Source of the DNA: a virus
Taxonomy: Duplodnaviria > Caudoviricetes
Strand: one strand, 5' to 3'
Length of the DNA: 31,154 bases
Virus record (IMG/VR): IMGVR_UViG_3300047281_000160
Location: 1 to 31,154 of that record
How positions within the stretch are numbered: position 1 is the first letter of the stretch; every line of letters begins with the position of its first letter. The notes beneath the pieces were generated by a model. The model was not told where the DNA came from, did no database searches, and was given only the letters and a program-made list of their open reading frames with translations. The position numbers were made by a program, and so were the translations under genes. This document shows positions 15,964 to 23,461 of this stretch, piece after piece.

Positions 15964-17798
15964 AACCGACCGCCCCTTACTACCTCTCCGGCGAGGCTGG
16001 CAAGTCCCTGGACGAGGTGCAGATTTCGCTGGCCGACCTTTGCTGCTACAACGCGACGCTTTCGCTGCGCTCGCTGGATGTTGACACGCTGACGTTTCAA
16101 ATCCTCGGCAGTCGCAGCAAGGTCATTCCCGACGACGGCCAATGGATCAGCCTCTACGACGGGACGGGCACGCGTTTGTTCAGCGGCATCGCCAAACGCA
16201 CCTACACCCACCCGCAGGGGATTTACTCCTACGAGGTATCCAACGTCTATCTTGGCCTGTCCCAAACCAGCTTGCTGAGTGCAAATGGTCGCCCCTACGT
16301 CACCTATGACCAAGGCGACCTGCGGACGAGCCTGCTGTCCATCCTTGCTGCGGCCACGGCGGAAGGTCTGCCCATCCAAGCGCCGACGCTAGCATCCACT
16401 CCGGCAATGTTCACGGTCCCGAAAATGTCGTTCCGCGCCTCGTCGCTCGCGGGAGCCTTGGAGGACGCGCTCAAGTGGGCACCCGATGTGACGACGCGGA
16501 TGGACTACGCGACCAGTCCGCCGACGCTGAGGTTTTACGCTCGCACGGCCAGCAGTTCGGTGACGATCAATCTCGACGGCCAAAACCACCACGCCACCGC
16601 CGTCCAACTCGCGGCATGGCCCGAGGCGCGGGCACTCTCCGTGGCGTTTGTTTATGCCGAGCGCAACGGGAGCAGCGCGGTCAATTACCGCGTGCAACAG
16701 GCAGGCGACGACACGGCCGAAGCACGGCGGAAACTGAGTATTTATTTATCAGGGTCAGAGCGCACGGACATGATGGTGGGGGAGGCCGTGGCAAGCGCCA
16801 ACACTGCAATGATAACGGCAAACAATGCGGTTGCCGCCATTAACGCGCAGCTTGCAGCAAACGCTGCATCTGCTGCCCAGACATTAACATCCCAAGCAAC
16901 CTTAATCGTTAATTATAATATAATAAAAAGCAACGACTTGAATGGTGGTTTGGCGTCAGCCATCCAATTGAACTCATCTTTTATTATGGGGATGTCCTCT
17001 TCCTCTTTAACTTTGTATGGCGAAGTGGGATCAAGATGGACATTTTACAATTTCGGCAACCCAAGCGCACAATTTGGTTATGGATCAAAGACAGTCACTC
17101 CAATATCTGGCAGGCTTATAAATAATGACGGGTCAACCGCATCTGGGTGGTATCCTGTGGCGAGTGGTGCTATTAGCAATGAGCAGTTAGCAACGGCGGG
17201 TGCAATCTTGTCGACGAAATATTATGAAGGATGGCTCGAGCTTGATGTCACAGTTGGAGATAATCCGTATGACAACAGAAATCCTAGAGGTCGTATATTT
17301 GAAGACACAAATGACAGATTGTATATTGACGGCTGGACAACTAGCAATATTAGTTCTTCATCATATAAAAGGATGCTTTATTACAAGTATAGAATAGCTT
17401 GTAGCGCCATCAATATGCCGATTTCACAATTAGCAGCCGCAGTGACCGCCGCAAGCAGTGTTGCGTCAACTGCGTTGATCGAACGCGCTGAATTCGTTTC
17501 GGCCCCACCGAACCTCGCGGAAGACTACTTCGCCCGCCAAGACTGGACACCCTACAAGGGCAGCTTGTCACTTGACCCCAAAGCCGCCGATTTCCCGGAG
17601 CCGGGCGACTACCTCAACATCGCAGCGGACACAACGCCTGCCGAGTGGGCGAGCATGGCCGCGCCCGTTTCAGAGCTGTCCATCGACCTCTCGACCGGAG
17701 CGGCGGAAGTCAAAATCGGCCCATCGCCGCGCATGGATTTCCAAAGCCTGATTGACCGCCTCCGCATCCCCGTCGAAGACAATTATCAAGCAGGCTAG
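15960..17798 (+). CDS. Putative tail tip/hub protein with a low-GC internal domain
   Basis: Follows the TMP with ATGA overlap; RLFSGI N-terminal hub-like motif; 612 aa. Confidence 0.6.
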   Translation: MKPTAPYYLSGEAGKSLDEVQISLADLCCYNATLSLRSLDVDTLTFQILGSRSKVIPDDGQWISLYDGTGTRLFSGIAKRTYTHPQGIYSYEVSNVYLGLSQTSLLSANGRPYVTYDQGDLRTSLLSILAAATAEGLPIQAPTLASTPAMFTVPKMSFRASSLAGALEDALKWAPDVTTRMDYATSPPTLRFYARTASSSVTINLDGQNHHATAVQLAAWPEARALSVAFVYAERNGSSAVNYRVQQAGDDTAEARRKLSIYLSGSERTDMMVGEAVASANTAMITANNAVAAINAQLAANAASAAQTLTSQATLIVNYNIIKSNDLNGGLASAIQLNSSFIMGMSSSSLTLYGEVGSRWTFYNFGNPSAQFGYGSKTVTPISGRLINNDGSTASGWYPVASGAISNEQLATAGAILSTKYYEGWLELDVTVGDNPYDNRNPRGRIFEDTNDRLYIDGWTTSNISSSSYKRMLYYKYRIACSAINMPISQLAAAVTAASSVASTALIERAEFVSAPPNLAEDYFARQDWTPYKGSLSLDPKAADFPEPGDYLNIAADTTPAEWASMAAPVSELSIDLSTGAAEVKIGPSPRMDFQSLIDRLRIPVEDNYQAG

Positions 17799-17803
17799 CG
17801 CAG

Positions 17804-17851
17804 CGGGGACCACCGCCAAACCTCGCCGCCGATCCCGATCCAACGCTTAAT
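17804..17851 (+). promoter_or_regulatory. Putative late promoter 5 (fibre genes): CGGGGACCAC box, TCGCCG-N17-CTTAAT
   Basis: Box 17804-17813 in the intergenic gap; ATG at 17864. Confidence 0.5.
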
Positions 17852-17863
17852 CCCACCCGACCC

Positions 17864-19414
17864 ATGAGCAGCCCCTTTTCCCTCTATTCTGGCGACTCGA
17901 AAACGCTAACGATCCCGTTGACTCTCGACGGTTCGGCATTCAATCCGGCTGGTTTCCTGCTGATTTTCACGGCCAAGAAATCCGTCACCGATGACGATTC
18001 CAAGGCGTTGATCCAAAAGGTCACGGGCACGGGCCTGACCGTCAGCGGCACCACCGCAACGATTGCGCTAGTCCCGCAGGACACGGCAAGCCTCGCCCGC
18101 GAGAACCTTTTCTGTGACATCCAAGCGCAAAACCTAACGACCGGAGCCGTGGCCACCGTGGCGTTCTTCCGCCTGCGGATTGACCGCGACGTGACCCGCT
18201 CAACCACGACCAGCATCCCCGTCGTGACAGCCGCCCCCGGCGTTCCCATCGGCCCAACTGGCGCGACTGGCCCAGCTAACAGCCTTTCCATCGCGGGCGT
18301 CAACACCGGAGCCGCTGGATCAAGCGCGAGCGTTACCGTGGGCGGCACCGCACCAAGCCAGACACTCGCTTTCACCATCCCGCGAGGGGACAAAGGCGAA
18401 AAAGGCGACACTGGCACGCTTTCCGTCGGCTCTGTCTCAACGGGTGTGGCAGGATCAGACGTGGCTATCACGAACAGCGGCAGCGCAAGCGCGGCGACCT
18501 TGAATTTCACCATCCCGCGAGGCGATGTCGGAGCGACTGGTCCGACTGGACCCGCCAACAGCTTGTCCATCGCAGGCGTGACCACAGGCGTAGCAGGATC
18601 AGACGCTTCCGTCACCATTAGCGGGACTTCGCCAGCTCAAACGCTGACTTTTGAGATTCCGCGAGGCGACAAAGGGGACGCTGCCACCGTGGCATTGGGC
18701 AGCACCATAACGCTTCCCGCAGGTTCAAACGCACTTGTGATCAATTCTGGCGATCCAAGCGCAGCAATTTTTAACTTTAGAATTCCGCGCGGCAACGTGG
18801 GGGAGACGGGAGCAACCGGAGCAGCGGCCACTGTGGCGCTTGGCAACGTCGCGACAGGTGCAGCTGGATCAAGCGTCGCAATCACTAACACCGGGACAAC
18901 CGGCGCGGCGGTTTTTGACTTCACGATCCCACGGGGCGACGTCGGAGCGACTGGCGCAACAGGTGCAGCGGCGACCATCTCACTAGGGGCCGTCGACACG
19001 GGAGCTGCGGGAAGTTCGGTGTCCATCACCAATTCTGGCAATACCAGCGCGGCAACATTCGATTTCACGATTCCGCGAGGCGATACAGGCGTGACTGGCC
19101 CAACCGGCCCACAGCCGTCGCTGGTGATTGCTGGCAACGCGGGGACGGCGATCACGCTGGCCGATGCCGACAACAACACGGTGGTTCGTTGCACCTCCGC
19201 CACGGCGGTGACGATCACGATTCCATCGACGCTCGCCGCTGGATTTTCCTGCATGATCATCCAAGCGGGCGCGGGACAAATCACTTTTGCCGCAGGCTCT
19301 GGCACCACGCTCAACTCGTTCGGCGCACTCGTCAAAACCGCTGGCCTGCACGCGCCTGCGTCGATCATGCAGGTCGCGTCGGCAACCTACAATCTGAGCG
19401 GCAACCTTGTATGA
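17864..19414 (+). CDS. Tail fibre-like protein: BppU-like N-terminus, six ~45-aa repeats with short collagen-like linkers, C-terminal beta domain
   Basis: GDSKTLTIPL N-terminus; six F-x-IPRG(D/N)xG units; GxTGxTG triplets. Confidence 0.75.
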   Translation: MSSPFSLYSGDSKTLTIPLTLDGSAFNPAGFLLIFTAKKSVTDDDSKALIQKVTGTGLTVSGTTATIALVPQDTASLARENLFCDIQAQNLTTGAVATVAFFRLRIDRDVTRSTTTSIPVVTAAPGVPIGPTGATGPANSLSIAGVNTGAAGSSASVTVGGTAPSQTLAFTIPRGDKGEKGDTGTLSVGSVSTGVAGSDVAITNSGSASAATLNFTIPRGDVGATGPTGPANSLSIAGVTTGVAGSDASVTISGTSPAQTLTFEIPRGDKGDAATVALGSTITLPAGSNALVINSGDPSAAIFNFRIPRGNVGETGATGAAATVALGNVATGAAGSSVAITNTGTTGAAVFDFTIPRGDVGATGATGAAATISLGAVDTGAAGSSVSITNSGNTSAATFDFTIPRGDTGVTGPTGPQPSLVIAGNAGTAITLADADNNTVVRCTSATAVTITIPSTLAAGFSCMIIQAGAGQITFAAGSGTTLNSFGALVKTAGLHAPASIMQVASATYNLSGNLV

Positions 19415-20889
19415 TGATCCTGCAACAGACTCGCGGCGCATTATCAAGCGGCGATCAATGCTCGCTGGATTTGCCATTTGCAGAGACGAAATCACTGGCC
19501 GCTCGGATCGGACCGACCCCGACTTTCACGCGGGGATCTGGCGGCAGCTACATCGGCAGCGATGGACTGATCCACGGCATCGACACATCGACAAGCTCAG
19601 TAGTATTCGGGACAGGCAGCCGGACATTCATTCTGGAGGCGACCGCTGGACAGGATCAAATGTGGCGCAGTGGTGATGCGGTCGAGGCATCGAACGCTGC
19701 TGGTGCGTTAATGGTCGGAACTGTTACAAGTTACACACCAAGCACTCAGTCACTTGTATGCAGTATGACAAGCGGCACAGGGACTGGCACATTTGCCGCA
19801 TGGCGGATAGCTTTTCGAGGCCCGCGCTTCGATCACGATCCGCTCACGCTGGACTGCAAGGGATTGCTCATTGAGGAGTCTAGGACTAATTTAGTACCAA
19901 GATCTGAGAGGTTTGATGATTTAGCTTGGACACCAATTCGTTTAGTATCTCAACCAGCCTCTAACACAGACATCTCTCCTAGTGGGCAACTTACCGCAGA
20001 AAAACTAGTTCCGTCATTGTCGGTAGGCGATCATCGCATTGACAGAGCATCCGTGTCAGGGTTGATTGTTGGCACTGTATACACAGTTTCAGTCTTTGTT
20101 AAGGCTTCTGGATATACTGGTTTTGGAATAAACGTAAGTTCTTCGCCGTCTCCGTATGGGGCAACTTTTGATTTAGCAACTGGAACAGTTTCAGGCACAC
20201 AATCTGGATGGAAAGCAAGCATACAACCATATCCTAATGACTGGTATAGATGTGTCGCCACCTTCACGTTCTCGTCTGGTACTCGAATATACTTTGCTGT
20301 TGGACAAACTGGAACGAGCTTTAGTTATGCTGGGAACGAAACCAGTGGCATCCTTATTTATGGCGCACAGGCTGAAACAGGGGCATTCCCCACCAGCTAC
20401 ATCCCGACCATCACCGCAAGTGCAGTTCGGAGCGCGGATGTTTGCTCGATCACTGGGGGTGCTTTTAATGAGTTCTACAATCCACTTGATGGAACTATTG
20501 TTGCCGCTACATTAGCTCTTGGGTTTTCCACTAGCAACAATGCAATATGCAGCGTTGATTCCGGGACAACTATTATCATGCGTATTTTTCATCGCTCAGT
20601 ACAGAGCAACAGGCTTTCATCCTCTGTATCAAGTATTCAAGCAACACCAGCGGCAAATTACAATACTGCCAACGCAGAGTATAAATCTGCTTTGGCCGCT
20701 AATGCTGATGGTGCAGACTTCGTTATTAATGGAACACAAATACCAGATGTTTTCACTGGATCTTCATTGTCCGCTGACAGCTTGAAGTTCTCGGGAATCT
20801 CTGCCTCCACTTCCAATAACATTATTTCATCTTTCAGGTATTACAAAAAGCGCCTTTCCAACGCGAAACTCCAAGCCCTGACGCTATGA
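19411..20889 (+). CDS. Fibre/spike protein with carbohydrate-binding/LamG-like domains
   Basis: PTFTRGS, PRFDHDP...GLLIEESRTNL, GAQAETGAFPTSYIPT and RYYKKRLSNAKLQALT motifs; ATG 19411 overlaps the upstream stop. Confidence 0.75.
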   Translation: MMILQQTRGALSSGDQCSLDLPFAETKSLAARIGPTPTFTRGSGGSYIGSDGLIHGIDTSTSSVVFGTGSRTFILEATAGQDQMWRSGDAVEASNAAGALMVGTVTSYTPSTQSLVCSMTSGTGTGTFAAWRIAFRGPRFDHDPLTLDCKGLLIEESRTNLVPRSERFDDLAWTPIRLVSQPASNTDISPSGQLTAEKLVPSLSVGDHRIDRASVSGLIVGTVYTVSVFVKASGYTGFGINVSSSPSPYGATFDLATGTVSGTQSGWKASIQPYPNDWYRCVATFTFSSGTRIYFAVGQTGTSFSYAGNETSGILIYGAQAETGAFPTSYIPTITASAVRSADVCSITGGAFNEFYNPLDGTIVAATLALGFSTSNNAICSVDSGTTIIMRIFHRSVQSNRLSSSVSSIQATPAANYNTANAEYKSALAANADGADFVINGTQIPDVFTGSSLSADSLKFSGISASTSNNIISSFRYYKKRLSNAKLQALTL

Positions 20890-21179
20890 TCGACTACCTA
20901 CTCAAATTCCCGTCCAAACAGGTTGCCGAGCAGTTCGGCATCGCCAATGGGTTCGCTGCGGTGGACGAGTCCGGCGCGGTCGTCTCGACGCTTGCGACGC
21001 ACACCTACGCGCTGCACGAAATCGGGGAGCACAATGGCAGCGACTTCTGGGTTTTGTTCCGCGATCTGGTCGGAATCCCGATCCCAGCGGGTGGCGAGCA
21101 ATTCATTTTCTGGTCGTCGGCGTCCAGCCTTGACCGACCGACCGACGGCACCACCGCGCCAAACGTGTTTTGGGCGTAA
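20886..21179 (+). CDS. Small protein coupled to the fibre gene (putative fibre partner/chaperone)
   Basis: MIDYLLKF...PNVFWA; ATGA overlap; last late gene. Confidence 0.6.
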   Translation: MIDYLLKFPSKQVAEQFGIANGFAAVDESGAVVSTLATHTYALHEIGEHNGSDFWVLFRDLVGIPIPAGGEQFIFWSSASSLDRPTDGTTAPNVFWA

Positions 21180-21288
21180 ATCCTCGGCCACGATCGGGCA
21201 GAGCATTAGCGCGGCACCAGGGCAAATGATGAAACGGGAAACAGACGCATCCGAAAACATCCGGGCGGCAGCGCCGGCGATCTAGGGC

Positions 21289-21627
21289 TCAGTCGAGACG
21301 GTAGACGGGCGGCTCGTCGAGGAGAGCTTCGACACGTTGGGTGCGGGAGCTGGTAGCCGGGGCCCTGTCTTTTTTTAATTCGGCAAGCTGAGCCTCAAGA
21401 AGCGCAACTTTGCGCCGCTCTAGTTCGACCGCCTGCTGTTTTTCATTTTTAACCGCCGACCCCTCACCTGGAGGAAGGATGGCGACAATGATGCAGCCAA
21501 TCGGGCCGAGAAGAGCACCGAGCGCCATGCCCTTCTTGCCGTTTTTTTTGCCACCGAGGTCGCCGATAGCGCAGCCAACGATGCCGAAAATCAAACTGGA
21601 GATGACGAGGGGGACGAGGAATTCCAT
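21289..21627 (-). CDS. Small membrane protein (two TM segments + coiled coil); moron-like
   Basis: MEFLVPLVISSLIFGIVG...GMALGALLGPIGCIIVAILP; convergent with the late operon, next to attP. Confidence 0.7.
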   Translation of the reverse strand: MEFLVPLVISSLIFGIVGCAIGDLGGKKNGKKGMALGALLGPIGCIIVAILPPGEGSAVKNEKQQAVELERRKVALLEAQLAELKKDRAPATSSRTQRVEALLDEPPVYRLD

Positions 21628-21712
21628 GGCCGAATGTCCTGTTTTTCTGGGTTTTTGTCCATCCAAAATCAAACCAGCTTCTTGTTGGATGCAACGATAG
21701 ATCACCTCAATA

Positions 21713-21749
21713 AAAAGGTGTTCCCTGAGAACATCGGGGAACACCTTTT
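21713..21749 (-). terminator. 13-bp perfect inverted repeat; probable terminator for the reconstituted host RNA gene
   Basis: aaaaggtgttccc-N11-gggaacacctttt; T-run on the minus strand; about 30 nt downstream of the att core. Confidence 0.6.
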
Positions 21750-21779
21750 GTAACTAATTGGTAATCAGTAGTTGAAAGA

Positions 21780-21800
21780 GTGGAGGCGAGGGGAGTCGAA
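21780..21800 (-). other. att core: 3'-end fragment of tmRNA (ssrA) or tRNA-Ala (TTCGACT-CCCCT-CGCCTCC-A-C)
   Basis: T-loop, 3' T-stem and acceptor strand with U70 and discriminator A73 (alanine identity); no 5' part of the gene present. Confidence 0.78.
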
Positions 21801-22046
21801 TCCGTCTGATGGGTCTCCGCCTGTTTGACGCGAGGGCGTGAAATGTTGAAAAATCAAAGGATTGTGAAAAACAAGAATGCGTCCTACTCCGTGGCGGATT
21901 TACTAAAACGAGAACATTCCGAGAACACTAACAGATTTCTAACAACTATCTGATAGAAACGGGCAAAACCGAGGGGCAAAATGTTCTCAAATGTTCCCGT
22001 GCATTAAGTATTAAAATGGAAGGCGAGGGGGGATGATCCCCGATCA

Positions 22047-23219
22047 CTAACGGCGCAGCACGTCGAACCATTCGCTTGCCTCGTCGGCTCCCTTGGCGTC
22101 GTTGTAGCTGGCCTTGGCTTCGGCTTCGGAGTTGCCAGCTTCCATGGCGGTTTGGCCGAGGCTGACGATGGCGGCGCGGTAGCTGATGAAGCTGTGGCGG
22201 ATGGCGTTGGATTTCCATCCACCGATGAGGGTGCCGAGCCGGACGGTCTCGGCTTGGGCGTCTTTGCCTTTTCCGCGTTTGGTGGGGGCGTGGGTTTGGT
22301 GGATCGGGCCGGAATCGCGTTTGATTTCATAGAGCCACGAGCGGAGGGCGGGCAGGATGGGGACGACGCGGCGGCGCTTGGTCTTGGCGGTTTCAGGCCT
22401 GATGATAATGAGGTCGCGCTCCCATTTGAAATCAGACCAATCGAGTGGGCTTTTTTTGCTGCCGGGAATGGGGGAAATCTCATCGGTGCGGACACCGGCA
22501 AAGGCGGCGGTGGCGAGCCACGGCAGGAACTCGGGATTGACGTTGTCGAGTAGCGTCCGCAGTTGCTCCGGTTGGTAGGTTTCGGGGATGCTATCGGCGA
22601 CGATGGGCGTGCTGGTTTTTTCGGCAGCGGTCTCGCCTTCTGGAAGATAACCCATGGATCGGCACCAGCGGAAGAAGGTGACGAGGGAGGCGCGCACGTT
22701 GCGGCGGGTGCGGTTGCTGTGTTTCGGATTGGCCGAGAGGTGGCTTTCGATCTGAGAAACGGTGATGGAGGCCAGCGAGCAGTCCGCGAAACGAAGGGCG
22801 ATGGGTTCGAGGTGCTTTTTGAGGGTTTTGACGTTTTGGGTGGAGTTGCCCTGGTTAGCTTTTTTGATGGCGATGAATTCGTCGACAGCTTCGGGGCATG
22901 GCTTCTCGGGCTTGGCCTTGGATCTCCATGTTAGGAACTCGTCGACGAGTGCCAGCTGCGGGTCCACTTCCAACAGGCGGCGCAGCGCGCTGACGACGTT
23001 GGGGGCGAGATCATTGAGATTGAAGGTTCCCGTGGCAATGGACTTTGCCGCATTGAAGGCGGCCTCCTTCGCATCTGCCAGCACGGCGCGGGTGACTGAC
23101 CGGCGCTTGTGGGTGATCGGGCAGTGGTAGGTGGCGCGCCAGTAGGAGCGGCCCGATGGATGAGTCCATGGTTTGACCTCGATCGTTACAGAGCCTGATT
23201 TGACGGTGTAATTTGCCAT
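22047..23219 (-). CDS. int: Tyrosine recombinase/phage integrase
   Basis: Catalytic motifs AGVRTDEI (R), AKTKRRR (K), NAIRHSF (xxxRH), AGNS and ASY (Y); N-terminal arm-binding and SAM-like domains. Confidence 0.93.
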   Translation of the reverse strand: MANYTVKSGSVTIEVKPWTHPSGRSYWRATYHCPITHKRRSVTRAVLADAKEAAFNAAKSIATGTFNLNDLAPNVVSALRRLLEVDPQLALVDEFLTWRSKAKPEKPCPEAVDEFIAIKKANQGNSTQNVKTLKKHLEPIALRFADCSLASITVSQIESHLSANPKHSNRTRRNVRASLVTFFRWCRSMGYLPEGETAAEKTSTPIVADSIPETYQPEQLRTLLDNVNPEFLPWLATAAFAGVRTDEISPIPGSKKSPLDWSDFKWERDLIIIRPETAKTKRRRVVPILPALRSWLYEIKRDSGPIHQTHAPTKRGKGKDAQAETVRLGTLIGGWKSNAIRHSFISYRAAIVSLGQTAMEAGNSEAEAKASYNDAKGADEASEWFDVLRR

Positions 23220-23317
23220 GGTGCGCGGCTAGTTGAAGCGGGGATCACAGGATTTGCAGCCTCTGCGGAAAAATGGCAGAACATTGAGCTTGCTTTTTGC
23301 GATTTTATCCAACTTTA

Positions 23318-23419
23318 AGGCTGAGAGGCTGAGAGGCTGAGAGGCTGAGAGGCTGAGAGGCTGAGAGGCTGAGAGGCTGAGAGGCTGAGAGGCTGAGAGG
23401 CTGAGAGGCTGAGAGGCTG
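23318..23419. repeat. Perfect 8-bp tandem repeat (GGCTGAGA) x12 plus partial unit
   Basis: Units counted from 23319 to 23414, then GGCTG; intergenic between repressor and integrase. Confidence 0.97.
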
Positions 23420-23461
23420 CTAGATGGGTGTGGAAACGGGGGGATTGGACGGGTCGAACGC

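Larger units (their letters stand above)
21713..21998. mobile_element. attP: attP region: core, G(A/G)GAACA(T/C) arm-type repeats, IHF-like sites
   Basis: Arm motif at 21718(-), 21727, 21737, 21910, 21921, 21981(-), 21991(-); WATCARNNNNTTR at 21852-21864 (+) and 21943-21955 (-), one-mismatch copy at 21751-21763 (-); non-coding, AT-rich, downstream of int. Confidence 0.8.

Noticed and set aside
18370-19090. Multiple RGD tripeptides as integrin-binding motifs
   Set aside because: They are part of the structural IPRG(D/N)xG repeat leading into collagen triplets, and one copy is RGN
19189-19410. Upstream extensions of track ORFs (also 1623, 2297 and 28366 starts)
   Set aside because: They overlap neighbouring real genes; internal starts (ATGA-coupled at 19411, 2459 and 28504; ATG 1914 after the promoter) fit better
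15960-21179. Diversity-generating retroelement or invertible fibre cassette
   Set aside because: No reverse transcriptase or invertase ORF, and no TR/VR pair or flanking inverted sites noticed
20898-21260. 120-aa minus-strand ORF downstream of the membrane gene
   Set aside because: Mostly antisense to the better-supported 20886-21179 gene, with no motif support
21780-21860. Complete tRNA or tmRNA gene
   Set aside because: Only the T-loop and 3' acceptor strand are present; the 5' T-stem and the rest of the gene are missing
23318-23419. Tandem repeat as a CRISPR array
   Set aside because: 8-bp units with no spacers and no cas genes
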